DNA from: Felis catus
Lineage: Eukaryota
DNA length: 64,000 nucleotides
Assembly (NCBI RefSeq): GCF_018350175.1
Contig: NC_058368.1
Coordinates: 103,108,001-103,172,000 of the forward strand
Direction of reading: 5' to 3'
The notes beneath the pieces were generated by a model. The model searched no databases and was not told where the DNA came from. It saw only the letters and a list, made by a program, of their open reading frames with translations. The position numbers were made by a program, and so were the translations under genes. This document shows, one piece after another, positions 1 to 14,235 of this stretch (positions are counted from its first letter, which is position 1; every line of letters starts with the position of its first letter).

Positions 1-465
1 CTTCAAATGTCAGACGGACTTGGAACTGATCCTTTGATACGCTGTTTCATGGGGTTTGCGGATACTGAGTTAGGCGCATTTTGATTCTCTTTGTTTCTAT
101 TTTCATGAACTCTTTTAGAGGACAACGGTCAGAAAGTCCTCAAGGTTAACTGACACCTCAATGGCATTTTTCAACCAACAAGACTATATTTTGAAACTCT
201 CGAACGCTGTGCACACCCAGTCAAATGTTTTGACACTTGTCCCCATCATTAATGATTTCAAAACAGAGTGGTTGGCAAAGAATTCTTGAATCAAAGGTAC
301 CAAAGTGGAGTTTCTTTAAGGTCACTGAACATAAAGCACCATCTTTTAGCTTCCAAAGGAGTTGGGCACAGCTTGCTCTGAAGAAAAAAGCAGCATGTGG
401 GCTATACTCTTCAGATTTGGAATGCTACTTACAATGTGTCCTCTGCCACAGGGACAGAAGCATTC

Positions 466-468
<3 letters not shown>

Positions 469-500
<32 letters not shown>
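469..500. repeat. (CT)n microsatellite
   Basis: Seen directly. Confidence 0.95.
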
Positions 501-502
<2 letters not shown>

Positions 503-1539
503 CCTGTTATGTCTCAACAAGCCATCTTGCTGCGAGAGGAAGCTGGACCACTCTGCAGTATCTGGGTGCTGCAGTCTTTACAGTAGTGGACCGCTTCCTC
601 CGTGGGGCAGCTTTTGCCACTGAACTGACACTCCTTCCCACCCATTCCCTGCTCCCGGGCTCATCCATTCCATCAGCATCTGGAGCGGCTGCCGCTTCCT
701 CTGGCCCGGAAGCCTCAGTGTTTGCCTTTCAAATGTCATTCCTTCCACCTCCCTCAATATTCAGACTCGCTCATCAGTTTGTTTCCAGGCGCCCTCAAAT
801 GTATTCAGAATAAATGATGCACGAAGGACAGTGGAAACACAGGGAAGCAGTTGTAGGCAAGGCACCTCCAGTTCACCAGGCTGTCCTTCCTGAACAACAA
901 GGGTTGTATTGTCATGCAAATGCGCGGCTGGCAGAGGAGACATTGGCTGTGTATCTGCTTTGGCAACTGAAGGATGTTTTATGGTTGCCAGGTAAAGAGA
1001 GGAGGAGAGGGTAGATGAAGGGGCACAGGACGGCGGGTTCAGGCGAACCGCCTTTCCTTTGTTTTTCAACCTCACCGCCCATCAACAAGCTGGGCTTTAC
1101 CATGGCTCAACCCTGGCAGCCTCACCGTTTCTCTCTACGGCAATCTCGCACGGTGACCACGTTAAGTCTCACTCAAGATTCTCAAGTTCAGTATCTTACC
1201 ATTTTGGAAATTAGGATGAGATAAAGCCATTGCGTTACCGGTTTTCGTGTGCGCGTGAAATCGCACTCAGCATGAAGTAAGCACACGAGAATCTCACCCA
1301 GAATTTCACTCTTACAATTCAAACGTGATCTCTTCCGCAGGCATAAGAATAATGTAGCTCAATTTATAATTTTTGAAGCATTAAATTCACTTATTAAAAT
1401 GACATCACTGCCTCGCTGCCATCAGGGCATGACTCTGAATTATTTTTCTAGTGGCTAATTGATGAGTAATGCAGATAGGTTTCCACTGTGTGGTCTGCCT
1501 CCTTCATGATCCATTTGCCTCATGGTTAGCGAGGGCTGA

Positions 1540-1635
1540 AGGCTCTGTCTGTGACCAAGAGCAGGGTGAAGCCACACGACCCACTGAGGCATGAAACCTA
1601 TCACTTCAACCTCATTAGGAATAACTAACCACAAA
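1540..1635 (-). mobile_element. Ancient tRNA-derived SINE (MamSINE1-like)
   Basis: Reverse complement reads gtggttag...ctaatgagg...ggtttcatgcctcagtgggtcgtgtggcttcaccctgctcttggtcacagac. Confidence 0.5.
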
Positions 1636-1849
1636 CACGGTCATTAGAAAAGAAAGTTTCCATCCTGTTAAGTTCAGTCTTAATTTTTGAGATCAAGAGA
1701 GACAAAAATCATTTTTTAAAGCCTGAATCACTCCATAAAAATTGTCTTACCTTCTTCGTTAACATGGTTCAAATAAGAAAACACTAGCCGGCTTTTTTAT
1801 TGCTATAATCACAAAAAAACATTGCATAGCTCTGGCTATGTACTAAGAG

Positions 1850-2060
1850 ATTTACTTACAAGTAGTACACGTTAAAGTAGTTAATCCTTACAAAGCTCTA
1901 TGAAATAGCTCTGATTCTAGTATTACTGGTGGGGAAACTGAGGCACGTAGCGATTATTTGGACTGCCCAGTGACAGATGGTTAAGGGGTAGGACTGGGAT
2001 TTAAGCTGAGGCTGCAGGTGCAGAGACGGTGCTCTTGACCATCATGCTATCCTCTTCCCC
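1850..2060 (-). mobile_element. MIR
   Basis: Core ggggaaactgaggcac...ctgcccag...ggactgggatttaa. Confidence 0.75.
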
Positions 2061-3149
2061 ACTCCCATGGATCTTGAACTACCCGTGGAGGCAACAACAA
2101 ATGACACACGCTTTCTCCTACTTTTCATTTGTGTTGTCATTCTAAGCTTTTGGGGTCCAACTCAAATGTCCGCTCTCTCATTTCACTTTCCCTGAAGACC
2201 TCGCCCAAATAATAATTATAGCTTATTTATCACTATTTCTGTAGCACTTATTCATTCTTTTATTTTGAAACTATATACTAATAGGGATATTTATGTCTCT
2301 TTTTCTCCTGCTATGCTGCGTTCATAACTGTATTCCCAGAGTCTAAGCAGATTGTAGCCTACAGTAAGAACTCAATAATGATTTATTAAATTAACTGGAT
2401 CTAAATAAAATAGTTGGTACTATGCCTTCGTTTGAACCCAAAAATGTTTAAAGGAGTTTATATAGCTGAATATTCCTGTACTGCAACACATAAAATATTC
2501 GCTTGGCTTATTGACTATGTATTTAGTACTCACATTTGAACAGGTGTGAAAATTAAGGGTCGGGTGGCAAAAACTTCAAATCTTGCTCTAAAAAAGAGTC
2601 CCGGGGGCCAAATAATTGTTACTTTCAGGTAAAGGTGTATTTGTAAAATGCCTGCAAACTTGATTAAAAGTTACTCCATTCTACTTTGTCAAATGCCAGT
2701 TTGGTTGCAAGCTGACACAGTCAGATCATGTGGTTTAAAGTTTAAAGTAAAATGACGACCTGTCCTCCCTGATTATGACTGCCTTATGCAAGTGCTGTGG
2801 CGAAGGTAAGAGTGTGCGCTTTTATGCTGGTCTCTCTCCTTCAATGGAGTCCCCTTACGTGCATAAAATGGATCACAATGTTTCCTTCCCCATGTTGCTG
2901 GTATGCCTTGGGCATGGGTCCATTCCATCTAGTGATCCATCATTATATCCTCACATTTAGACACACGCAAGTCGTTCCAAGGAGAAAGACAAAGAAGAAA
3001 ACTAGCAAATCCTTCCCTTTAAAGCAAAGATAGAGTTTATGTTTGAGGATGCAATTGATAGCTACCCTATACTGGTCAATGATGGGCTTTCAATATTCTC
3101 TCTTTTCCTAATTTTCCACGTACATTCGTTAGCAAGACATGTCAGAAGA

Positions 3150-3825
3150 CCCCTCAAAATATATCTTAAACCTGATCACGCTTTTACAACGATCACCCTG
3201 GTCCATCACTTGCCTGAGCTTATATTTGCTAGACAATAACTATTCTAACTTGCCTTCTGGATTTCACTTTTGAACTTTATCTTCCAACCACAGTCACAGT
3301 GTCAGCTTATAATTGTAAATCAAATCACGTCACTCCGCGGTTTTCATTGACTTTCTTCACTGGATTCTTCACCCTTGGAATAAAATCCAAAGTCATTACT
3401 CTAGGTTTACATGATTTGACCCTGGCCGTCCCTTCAAACGCATTTCCTACTTCTCCAACTCTTACTGCCTGCCCTGGAATTACCCTGGCTTTTTGGTGTT
3501 CGTTGAATGTGCCAAACACATCTGATTCCAGGGCTCTGAACTTGCCCCCCATGCTCTCTGCTTGGAATCCTCTTGCCCCACATATTCGTGATGTTCATTC
3601 CTGTTTAATCTGTCACCAGGACAGAAAGCTCTTTTTCTCAAATATTCTTCCTTGGTCACACTCTACTCCCTTCCTCACCTCATCTTTCTTGATAGTATTT
3701 TGATTTATTTGTTTGTTGCATAAATAAATGTAAATTCTGAGATTAAAGTCTGTTCTTCATCATTTTCTCCCTAGCAGATAAATATGGTACATAGTAGGTA
3801 GTCATATGTGTGGGATGAACGAAAT
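3150..3825 (+). mobile_element. L2 3' fragment
   Basis: aatcaaatcacgtcactcc, ggaataaaatccaaagtc, ctctgcttggaatcctctt, catagtaggtag...gatgaacgaa. Confidence 0.75.
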
Positions 3826-4429
3826 TCGATTTAGTTCTTGACCTAACATAGGAGTTTTTAGGAAGCATCTCTGTTGAGTACCATGAAATTTCAATGGTTC
3901 AGTTTCAGTAACTACTAGTAACATTGTAGGAAAATTCATGAAAATATTAATTTCTTTATTCTTTGAAGAATGTTATTGATATAGAGGAGAACAAAAATAA
4001 TGTGGATATGGATTTAGGGACACAGCAATAGAGAGATAGCAATTGAGAGAGAAAGAGATAGAACCTGAAAGATAGGGTCCCTCCCATTTTCAACAAGGTA
4101 AATATGAATCCTGCATTGATGCACTTGGCATGTCAAAATCTACCAAAATCTTGTTAGTGTGATTGACATGAACGATAGGATTAAATATTTAGATCATTTA
4201 AACCCTTATTTGGAAGTCAGTAGATTTGAGGCAATGTTTTAGACTTTAGGCTCTGACAAGATTTGCCAAACTGCAGTCCTTTTGGTAAATGCTATCCGAG
4301 CCTGGGCATCTGAGACAGATCTATCGAAGATGGTGAATACTATGGGTAGGACAAGTTCATTGCATTATTCATGGGTTGCGCTTGGGGTGTGCTGAGGTTA
4401 GAGGTCCTCTATTGTCTTTTACTTTATGA

Positions 4430-4662
4430 TTATGTTTTTAACGTTTATTTATTTTTGAGAGAGAGAGAGAGAGACAGAGTGTGAGCGGGGGAGGGGAAGA
4501 GAGACAGAGGGGGTGGGGGGGGCGGAGAGAGAGAATCTGAAGCAGGTTCCAGGCTCTGAACTGTCAGCACAGAGCCTGACGCGGGGCTCAAACCTATGAA
4601 CCGTGACATCATGACCTGAGTCAAAGTCGGGCACTTAACCAAATGAGCCACCCAGGCGCCCC
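4430..4662 (-). mobile_element. CAN-SINE (SINEC_Fc-like)
   Basis: Antisense tRNA-derived head (gagccacccaggcgcccc), (GA)n tract, T-rich tail. Confidence 0.95.
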
Positions 4663-5234
4663 ATACTGTCTTTTTCTTTAAATACTTGGTTACATTTAAA
4701 CGGCATGTGAACTGGTTTGTACAAAAGTAACATCTGCTGATAAAGCCTACACTCACATAGTTCTAACCTTTATTTTCAATGATTGTGTTGAATGAATACT
4801 CGGTGATTTCCTCAAGGAAATTCTCTGGAATGCTTATCATACCATACACTCCCAGGGTTGTCTATTGTCAAAGCACAGCTCATAGATAGGTTGGCAGCAC
4901 CCCACTGTTCTGACCCTGATGATGGCACTGACAACGGTTCAACCCTTGGCTGAAAAAGTATGAGATACATTTTGGACCGCGGATTTGATAACAGGTGATA
5001 ATCTTTCGCTACTGGAGAAACAGAGTTACATAATTTTGGAGCAATGAGAGACTTTACATGACATCTACTTAGACTCCTTCACTTTGTAGTTATAAACAAA
5101 CAGTCCCCAAGCCGGGAAATAGCTACCCGTCAACAAATTAGCTGGCTGCAGAAGTGAAAATGGAACACGGTCTTCTGATTATTACCCCAGAGATCTTTTT
5201 TGGGTGGGGGAGGGTTTAACTGCAATATTACGCA

Positions 5235-5765
5235 TGCGATAGGCAGACTCCTGACCCCCATAACCTTATCCTCCTGGTATTATACCAATACGTATGGTTT
5301 CCAACATAGCAAAAGAGTTTTTCCCGATGTAATTAAGGCTCCTGATTCTTAAAATTCACATAGGGACGTTACCTTGGATTATGTAATGGTGCCCAGTGTA
5401 ATCATATGAGCCCCTAAAAGGAGAAGATGGGGAGACTGAGATGCCCAGGAAGGATCAGATGTGCCAGTGACAGCTCGAAGAGGGGGGTGGGTCATGAGTC
5501 AGAGAACGTGGACAGTAATGAGAAGCCTCAGCCAACAGCCGGCAAGGAAAAGGGGACCTCAGTCCCACAGCCACACAGAACTAAAGTTAGCCAACAACCT
5601 GAAAGAGCCTGGAAGTGGATTTGTCCCAAAAGCCCCCAGAAAGGAATGCAGTTCTGACAGCGTTGTGATTTCAGAACCCAGGCGAAATCTAAACTCAACA
5701 ATAATGAATGAGTGTTATTTGAAGCCATAAGTTTTTCGTAAAGCAGCAACGGAAAACTAATTCAT
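5235..5765 (+). mobile_element. MaLR solo LTR (MLT1D/E-like)
   Basis: gatgtaattaagg, ggattatgtaatggtgcccagtgtaatca, gccggcaaggaaaaggggacctcagtcccacagccaca, ttgaagccataag...cagcaacggaaaactaattca. Confidence 0.85.
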
Positions 5766-6664
5766 CCAGTTTGTCAAAAGGCTTCTCACAGTTTCTCAGC
5801 CTTTTATAGAGCTGAATGGTGCCCTCGATTCCTTCCCCTTCCCCCCCCCCCCACCTTTTTTTCCCCCTCAATTCTTCAATTCCTCCTCTAAGCTGGGAAA
5901 TGTCTATGCAAATACCAACTTGCAGGATGACTTCCACCCACACGCTAAGGGTTTCCCCGATGTGAGTAAAAGCCCTCCAGATCTTTCTGGTGGGATGGAT
6001 CTCGTAGGTTCGCACAGAAGTTGCCTCTATGCCTCCTTCTTTGGCCCTGTTTGCCTGCCCATTTCCAGCGCTATGCCAATGCCCCGGCGTATCCTGAGAG
6101 GACTCATATCTAAGACACGGGAGGTGCTGCAGGAGGTTCCCAAAGCCTTGAACCTCAGGAAGCAGGAGCTCGGCTGGTCCTGCTCAGAGGCAGAGAGAAT
6201 GACTCACTCGGTCTCTGTTCCCCTCATGGTTGCTGGGTTCCAAAGCAACCTTCTCTGTGCATGGGGGATCCATGAGGTCCTTTCTACTTTCTGTAAAGAG
6301 CCAGGCTGTGACCCTTCATAACCTCCTGCTTTGCACCATCTCTTCTTAGAAGTAGAATGAAAACCGGTTCAGGGGAGGTGATACAGAAATCTTGTCGTCT
6401 GCTTTCTTTTCTTTTCCCCCCCTTCCCGCTTCCCCCGGCTGCTCACCCAGTGAAGCATGTTTTCTCCCAATGACAAAAACAAAAACTCCTTCTCACCCTA
6501 ATGGAAAAAAAAGCTGGTGTGTGGGCACATCCGTATCATGTGTGTGCGTATACTTGTTAGACCAGCACAAGTATGCCTTACAAACTTACAAATTCTTTGC
6601 CCTTGGTGAAAATAAACCGGGCCACTTTCGAAATCGTTCTCAGCGTATCTTGGTAAGAGACACT

Positions 6665-7132
6665 GCAGCGAGCTGAGACGTACCCTTCAAAAAGCTATGC
6701 CGACTTCCTAATCCCCGGAACCTGGGAATTCTCTCTTATGTGGCGAGACATGTGATTACACTAAAGGCTTCGAGAGGAGCTTATCCTGGATTACCCAGGT
6801 AGGCCATAAATCCAACGACAAGTATCCTAATGAGAGTGACGCAGGGAGAAATATGGCAGACGCACAGGGTGCAGGCATACAGAGGAGCAGGAGGTCGTAT
6901 GGCCTTGGCTACAGAGTTTGCAGTGAGGCGCCCACAAGCCAAGGAATGCCCAGAGCCAGCAGAAGCTGCACGAACAGTGAACAGATTCCCCCCAAGCACA
7001 CCTTGAAAGAGAGTACGGCCCCTCTGGAGACACTCATTTCAGACCTGTGGTCTCCAAAATGATGAGGTCGATGCCTGTTGTTTGAAGCCAAGGCTGAGGT
7101 AATTTGTCACGGCAGCTGCAGGAAACTAACAC
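6665..7132 (+). mobile_element. MaLR solo LTR (MLT1B/C-like)
   Basis: atcctggattacccaggtaggcc, ccacaagccaaggaatgcc, gtaatttgtcacggcagctgcaggaaactaacaca. Confidence 0.85.
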
Positions 7133-7459
7133 AGACGACGAACCCTTAGATTCTAAAATTGGGTAAAATGTCCAAAATTCTGTCCATTTTAGATGCTCAC
7201 TTGTAAACAGAGGAGCTCTACTGCATTTACATTAGTGTTCACCATCACCTTGTTAGAGGTTGACCTTACAAGAATGTTGGCTCAAAGTCTTTGTCGATGA
7301 ACTAATTCTCCCTTAAAAGCCTGGAACGTTGCACTGTACCTTATTAATCAATCTGTATTTATTGAAAGCTTACTCTGAATAAATTAAGGCAATATGCCAG
7401 GAATTATGGGGAAGGGGAAACAGTACAGAAAATGAAATACTATAGAATAATAATAATAA

Positions 7460-7700
7460 TAATAGCTGTACCTGACCCTTCCTAGCATTTACTATGTGTC
7501 AGACACTGTTCTAAATATCCAGCATATGATACATTTATATATTATGATACCTAACATCCCCACAAGGTTGGACCTTTTATTTATTTCGCTCTCTGGAGAA
7601 TACCGAGGCCATGACAAGAGTCAGGTGATTTGTCCAAGGTCCCAGAGACGGTCAGTGGCAGAGCTGAGATTTCAAAGTCGATGCTCATTGACTGCCACTA
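7460..7700 (-). mobile_element. MIR
   Basis: catttactatgtgtcagacactgttctaa...gatttgtccaaggtc...gtggcagagctgagatttcaaa. Confidence 0.75.
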
Positions 7701-10700
7701 GCCTTTGGTGATGGAGAAGATCATACCTCAGACGCCGAGAAACCGACTAAGAGAAGATTTCAGTTGCTGTGGAGCCCAGCTACGAATAAACATCAACAAA
7801 CATCGCTACCGTCTGATTATTTACTTCTATGTAGGATGCTTTCCACAAGATGAGCTCAGATTCTCAGCAGACCTTGTAATGATAGCTTGCCCCAAGTAAC
7901 CACGTTTCTCCTCAGGGCTGGATTCGGTCGCACCACTGGTGAGAAAGTGGGGATACAACATCTGAGTTCTAGTTGTTTTTTTCTTTCTTTCTTCTAAATT
8001 TGGTACGCCCGAGGCCCCCAGATGCTCCGCACTCACCCAGCTCTTGTGTCTCACAGTCAAGGCTGTTTCTACAAACGGACTTCATGGAAGACTCACACCC
8101 AGAACAAGATCCTTTTCACGGGAAGGATCCCTTGCCCCGGAGGAGTAGAGGGGAGGGCATGGTAAGAACTGTTTGTTTTACTTCCAGGGGCCCCTTATTT
8201 GGAGTGGCTTAGAATTCCCTGGCTGGGCTGGATCACCACAGGCAGACGCTTGAAGTCCTTACGTTCCATGGAGCTGAAGCTAGCTAGCAAACAGCCTCTT
8301 GGAGAGGCTTCTCCTTCTCGCCGAGTTGATGGACAAGAGGCTGTGAACTTTGATATACCAAGCAGTCACGCTTGTGGGGATTGAAACTGCGCCAAACAGC
8401 TGCCTCCTTTGAGAAAGGAGGGAGCAGGCCGCCCGCTGGTGGGGGGAGGGGGGATGTGAGAGAAGGTGTGCCAAAACCGTTAACAGAAACCATGAAGAAA
8501 TTCCGATGTATTCTGTTGCAAAAAGAGGAGGGAACCGAGGAAATTGAACTTTCAGTGAAGTCTGATAATTAAACTCAGGAGTACTGACAGGGTAGCTGAA
8601 CACAACAGATAAATAACTACTTTCCGGTAATTATAAGCCAGGATGGTAACATATTAGACAAGCTGGTTCACTTGGTATTTTCAAGTCTGACATTTCGATT
8701 CTAGGGGATATTTGGATCTGTGCTAACAGATTTCTTTCTTTTCCTCCACTCACTTTCCCTTTCCCACTCCTCACTGCTTGCTGAAAATGAAATGTGATTT
8801 TAGGGCAGCACTTTCCAGCACGTTCCATATGTCACTCCTTACATGACATAGCAGACCTCAAAGCCCACTGCTGCTGGGCACAGTTGCTGAGACGGTGCCT
8901 GCTTTTCTAAACATCATAAAATATTATTAAAAAGAGCCCCGGCGTCCCCTTCTAGAAGAACATGCTGCAAATTACATATTCTATTTATAGGCGGTCCTTC
9001 ATGAATCATAGACTGAGTAAGCTTTTAACAAACCTTCTCATAGTGCAAACACTTCATTTCACAAAGAAGAAACCGAGGCAAAGAGTTCTTTTCTAAGACG
9101 CACTGTTTTCAAATGGAATAAAACAGACACTTAAGTCAAGGGAACAAAACCATTCTCTTCTATGAATAGAAATGACACCGAGACACCCAGTTTTCCTCCT
9201 CTCTTTGAGAATAACGTTAGAAAACTTTTAACAGCTGAATTTACATAATAGGATAAAGATGTGTCCTTTTCTCTGTGGTGTACAGACTGGATGGGTGCCG
9301 TGGTCCTGGGGCAGAAATGAAAATGAAAGCTTTTTCTGTGCGGGTCCCGTAATGAAACCACCCATGAAAAACTAAGAGACGTCCCTGTGTGCCTCCAGCT
9401 TGAGCAATCTGCAGCGTCCTGACTCAAACCCCACATGGTATAGATTTTACTTTGGGGACTCCCAACCCCCTGTTTTCTTTACTTCTTTAATTCACAGAAA
9501 CGGTGTCCTAATTTAGTAACGTCTGTGGGGGAAATCAAGTCTCAGCGCAGGTCTGGCCTGGCAGGGAGACATTCCCCAGCTCTGTTCGAGAAGACTGTCC
9601 ATCCGGCTGGCTTGGCACTTGAATGGGCTGAATGTCTTTTGTTGTAAACACCGAATTTGTTTATTTTGAACTGAGGAACTAGATCAAAGGCCAGTGTCAA
9701 ATGCCCAAAGCAGTGTTTGTCAGCAGTGGGCTTTTTTTTTTTTTTCCCCCTCCTTGTCCTAAAGCAACTGAAAGTGGTGGGGGGAAAGACTCGTACTGTA
9801 TTTCCACAAAAGCGTAGGAAAGTTCGCTTTGGCAGCCCCTTGCAAAAGAATGAATACAGGCTACTGAGTACAGATCATTTCTCTCCTGATTACAACAGAC
9901 CCCAGGGGAGCTAGTGCTGGCTTGGAATCCCATCTCTGTTTCTCTGAGAGCCTCCTGGCTGTGACAGTTCCACCCCCAATCCTCACAGCACAGAGCACGA
10001 GGGAGTCAGATAGATCTCCTCTGCCCTGTGTGTTTTAGGCTGCTTTCTAAATTAAAATACGGCTTTCCTGTTGGCAACGTGTTGACTTGTTTTGAAAAAA
10101 TATATTTCTAACCGGAACTGATTTAGAATTCACTGGTGGCCATAATGGACGCATTGAGTGTACGTGCGACTTTCTCACGCATGACAACAAGGGCTACGGC
10201 GAAGAGGAAGCAAACAGGGGACCGGGGCCTAACAAGAGCATCCCGTCCCTAACGTGAAAAATGGCAGGAGAGAAGCACAATGACGTTGCTAGCTATGCTT
10301 GAGCCCACGTGGACTGTTCGCTTGTTGATTTATAAAGACCCCTATCATGTGTGTGTGTGTCCTTGTAGGACTATTGTTTTAAAATGGGGTTAGAACGTGT
10401 CTTTATCATCCTAAAAGTGCCGTTTTACTGTTAGACAGTCTTGAGGGCAGTCGGGAATGTATTCCCTTCAATCACACCCGTTTTCACAGATGTTCCGTAA
10501 GAACAGCTCAGTCCACCACTGGGAGGTGAAGCTTAGGCTGAAACACTGATTTCACACTTCGCAGCAGTCGCCGCTACGAACATCTTTTCCCCCCTCTTTA
10601 CTTTTGTTTTATTGCTCCTTTCCTTAAAAAAGAAGAGCGAACCACAAAATATTTGCAAAAGCCTCCTGTACTTCAGATTATCCAGATTTGCTTGATCCTG

Positions 10701-11409
10701 TTGCCCTCTGTCTTCTTTTATATCCCTCCTCACTTTATTTTCCCCCTTCACGATTATTTTTCATATATAGATAAAAAGGTAAAGCGGCAGCAGCCGCGAG
10801 AGCTGTCATTTGGCAGTTTCTTTTCCATTATGTTTTCACTGCTGGGAAATGCTGGAACAAAGGCGTCCAAAGTGTTACTGAATGGGGATCAACACACAGC
10901 CCTGCTGGTGAGGCTGTAATCAGCCTGTCTCGGATGAAAATGCATGCTTTTCAGCACTGGTTGGAGATTTTTGTATTTATCTTTGAAATGCATGCTTAGC
11001 CCGTGTAGGCAAGTGATGTGTTACTGCCTTGTCCTTACTTGGCCCCACCACTTTTCTGAGCAGAATGGAAGAAATGGAATGTGATCTGTCAACCCTCAGC
11101 ACGAAGTAGTCCAACAGATGGTTTTAAAACACATATAGGGGCTCAGCTCGTGTCAGTGTCAATTTCTAAGACACGTTTTTATCACAGATTCAGTTCCTGT
11201 CCTGTTCTGGCCAGATACGCATGTGGGAAAGCCTTGCTGTGGCTGCTGACGTGTTACTCATGAACAGTTCTGGCAGGGGGCGGGAGGCAGGTAGCAAGAA
11301 TGGGTGAACTGAAAAGGCAGTGGGCATCTACAGCCCTGGAGAGGGCACGGAAGTGGGGCGGGGGGAGGGGATCTAGGTCACACAGCCATCCCTGTGGAAT
11401 GCACACCCT

Positions 11410-11530
11410 AATCTGGAGTTAGACCGTTTCTACCACCCAAGGTGATTCTCTTGAGTCCCTTTCCGGCAACCCTGTCTCCGCCCCACAGGTCACCACTTTT
11501 CTGATTTCTGTGCCCATAGATTAGATCTCC
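11410..11530 (-). mobile_element. L1ME-like 3' fragment (copy 1 of an old local duplication)
   Basis: cacaggtcaccacttttctgatttctgtgcccatagattag. Confidence 0.55.
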
Positions 11531-12199
11531 ACATTTGCTTTCAGACTGCCAAGCCATAGAGCGTAACAGTATATCAGAAAAACAAATCACACTGCTTCGA
11601 GAGTTAAGTCCTATGTATAATTTATGTAACACTTGGATTCATCTGATACTATAAAATGTAATCTCTGGGTATTAAAGACTTGTTGAGAATTGTTATGTGA
11701 TTTCCCTCCCTAAACTATTTAGTATTAATGATACTTCCTGAAAAATAGAGGTTCAGTGGATGATAGAAGTATTAGATTTATAAATTATAAACGTAGATCT
11801 CTCAAGTTCAAGTATGAAACAGCACAAAGGCTCCAAGTATCTTAAGATGACAGTTTCATAGTAGAGTAGCAACCCTTTAACCTCACTGGATTAGGTAAAG
11901 TTCTCCTTCTCTCCATAAAATATAGTGACTCATGCCCACTGTATTCTGTAAGCAATTGGCGTCTGAGCTATTCTCAGGTGTATTTGTTCACTTGACCCCA
12001 CTTGCTGAATTGGTGTCTACCAAGCATTTACTATGTTAATATCACACAAATGTTAGTTCTTATTATTACTGTTTCATTTAATAAGTGTCACACCAAGTGG
12101 CCAGATTAGAATGTAAAGACTACTGAGTTTCCACAGAAGGAAATTTTATGCTGAAGAAAGACTTGATAAAGTTGATTTGTTAAAATAACAACAAAAAAG

Positions 12200-12326
12200 A
12201 GGAGTGCCTGGGTGGCTCAGTCAGTTAAGCGTCCTACTTCGCCTTGGGTTATGATCTCACGGTTCACGAGTTTGATGCCCGTGTCGGGCTCTGTGATGAC
12301 AGCTCAGAGCCTAGAGCCTGCTTCGG

Positions 12327-12370
<44 letters not shown>

Positions 12371-12371
12371 C

Positions 12372-12416
<45 letters not shown>

Positions 12417-12442
12417 AAATAAACATTAAAAAATCTTTAAAA
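12200..12442 (+). mobile_element. CAN-SINE with expanded (CT)n(CA)n
   Basis: gcctgggtggctcagtcagttaagcgtc head, CT tract, aataaacattaaaaaa tail. Confidence 0.95.
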
Positions 12443-12584
12443 TATAACAAAAATTTGCCATCAAATGAAATAGACGAGACCACTGTAAAAAAAAAAAACA
12501 GGAAAAAAGATCTTTTAAAATTCTTACTCATCTAAAGAAACTAAAGTAGAAGTCAAAGCTGACGCACTATAGAAGTTGCTTTAT

Positions 12585-12850
12585 TTTTATTTATTAAGTA
12601 AACACTTAATGGCACTTTCAATGCACCAGGAACTATTCTAAATGTTTTATTAATATTAACCCACTGAATCCTCATGACTACTCTCTGTGGTGGGTAACAT
12701 TGTGCCATTTGTCATTTGAGGAAGCTAGGGCACAGAGAGGCTATGCAACTTCCCATTTAGTCACACAGCCAGCAAGGAACAGAGCTGAGATTTAGAACTG
12801 AGGCAGCCTTATCCAGAAGACATTCTCTTCCCACTGCACTCCCTTACCTC
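12585..12850 (-). mobile_element. MIR
   Basis: caccaggaactattctaa...gaggaagctagggcacagagagg...gtcacacagcc...cagagctgagatttagaac. Confidence 0.8.
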
Positions 12851-13479
12851 TCTTTATCGACGACAATCTATGACCGCTCTCTAACTGGGGCATCCACTTG
12901 CAGAGGAAACAACACAAGGCTAGAGTCCATCATCAAAAGACTGTGAAGAATGGATGTTTAAATCTAATTCATGTTGAGGTAAACAAAAATGCTGGCATTA
13001 TCTGGGTTCCTTTCTTTTTGAATATCAGCTTTAACCTATTTTCGTTACTGATCCAATTCCTTTGGCTCAATGGGCTTCTACTCCACAACCAATGACTCAA
13101 CATATTCATTTCCCACATCAAGTTTTAGGAGAGAACAGCTGTTTACTGGATTTGTTAGTTAGGTCTAGATTGTCTGTAAAATGAAACAAAATTGGATTAG
13201 ATGAATTAATCAGTCCCTTCCTAACACTAATGTTTTGTGGTCACATATACGTAGCCTCTGAGTGGCTTTGTTTAGCTTTGCTTTGTTTATCTTTACTTTG
13301 GTTTATGAACACAGATGTACATACCCTTGACCTCACCCACCCATTTCACAATTGAAAAACAGAGAATGAGGGTATTTAATACCAAACCCTTCACTACTAC
13401 CGACAAAGCAATCGAAAAGCCATTTTCTTATGTGAAGGAACAAAATCTCTCTCTCCTTCCTTTTTGTTATTGTCTTTAC

Positions 13480-13700
13480 TAACTAAGGACTAATTTATAT
13501 CCAATGAAACACTCAGATCTTAAGAATACAGTGCTGTGAGTTTGAATCAATATACACACTCATGTAAGTTACACTTCAGTCAAGTTCTGGATAATTTCCA
13601 CCATGCCCCAGAAGTTCTCATTGCCTCTTTCCAGTCAATAGCCTCCTCACCTACAGGTAACTGCTTTTCTGATATCCATTGCCATAGATTAGTTTTCCTG
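13480..13700 (-). mobile_element. L1ME-like 3' fragment (copy 2)
   Basis: gatcttaagaatacagtg...acacactcatgtaa...aggtaactgcttttctgatatccattgccatagattagttttcctg. Confidence 0.7.
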
Positions 13701-14235
13701 TGAGCACATTTGCTTTTAAATTGCCAACCAATATAGCTTAATACAATGTATCAGAAAACCAAATAGTACTGTTTTCTGAAGCGTTAGGTCCAATTTATAC
13801 AATACTTGAATTCATCTGACAATACGAGGTATAATCTGGTAGTCAAATAATACCATGGTGATTTCATCATCTGCTGAAATACCGATTTTTAAAACAATCT
13901 CTGAGAAAGGGGAAAAAATGAATCTAGAGACCTAAGGCTTCCAAGTTTTATCACTGAGCTTCTGTGAATCTCTGCAAATTGTGAAATCTCTCCTATCCTC
14001 CCTTTCTCTTTGATGCTGTGCTGTTTACTCGGAGTATTACATTTACAACACCTTATACATTCAAAATAAAGTCGTGACTTAAAAAAGAAACTGTCATTTG
14101 ATTATGTGAGAGTCTATGCCGATGCTGTGGAATGAAATACTTATGGAAGAACGAATTACTTTCCAAGCTGTTTGGCCAGTATCCATTCATTTATATTATT
14201 TTGTATTTCGTCATATTCCTCTTGAAAAGAATGAG

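Noticed and set aside
237..1224. Cluster of overlapping 60-128 aa ORFs
   Set aside because: No recognisable domain or consistent splice structure, and they include microsatellite-derived residues.
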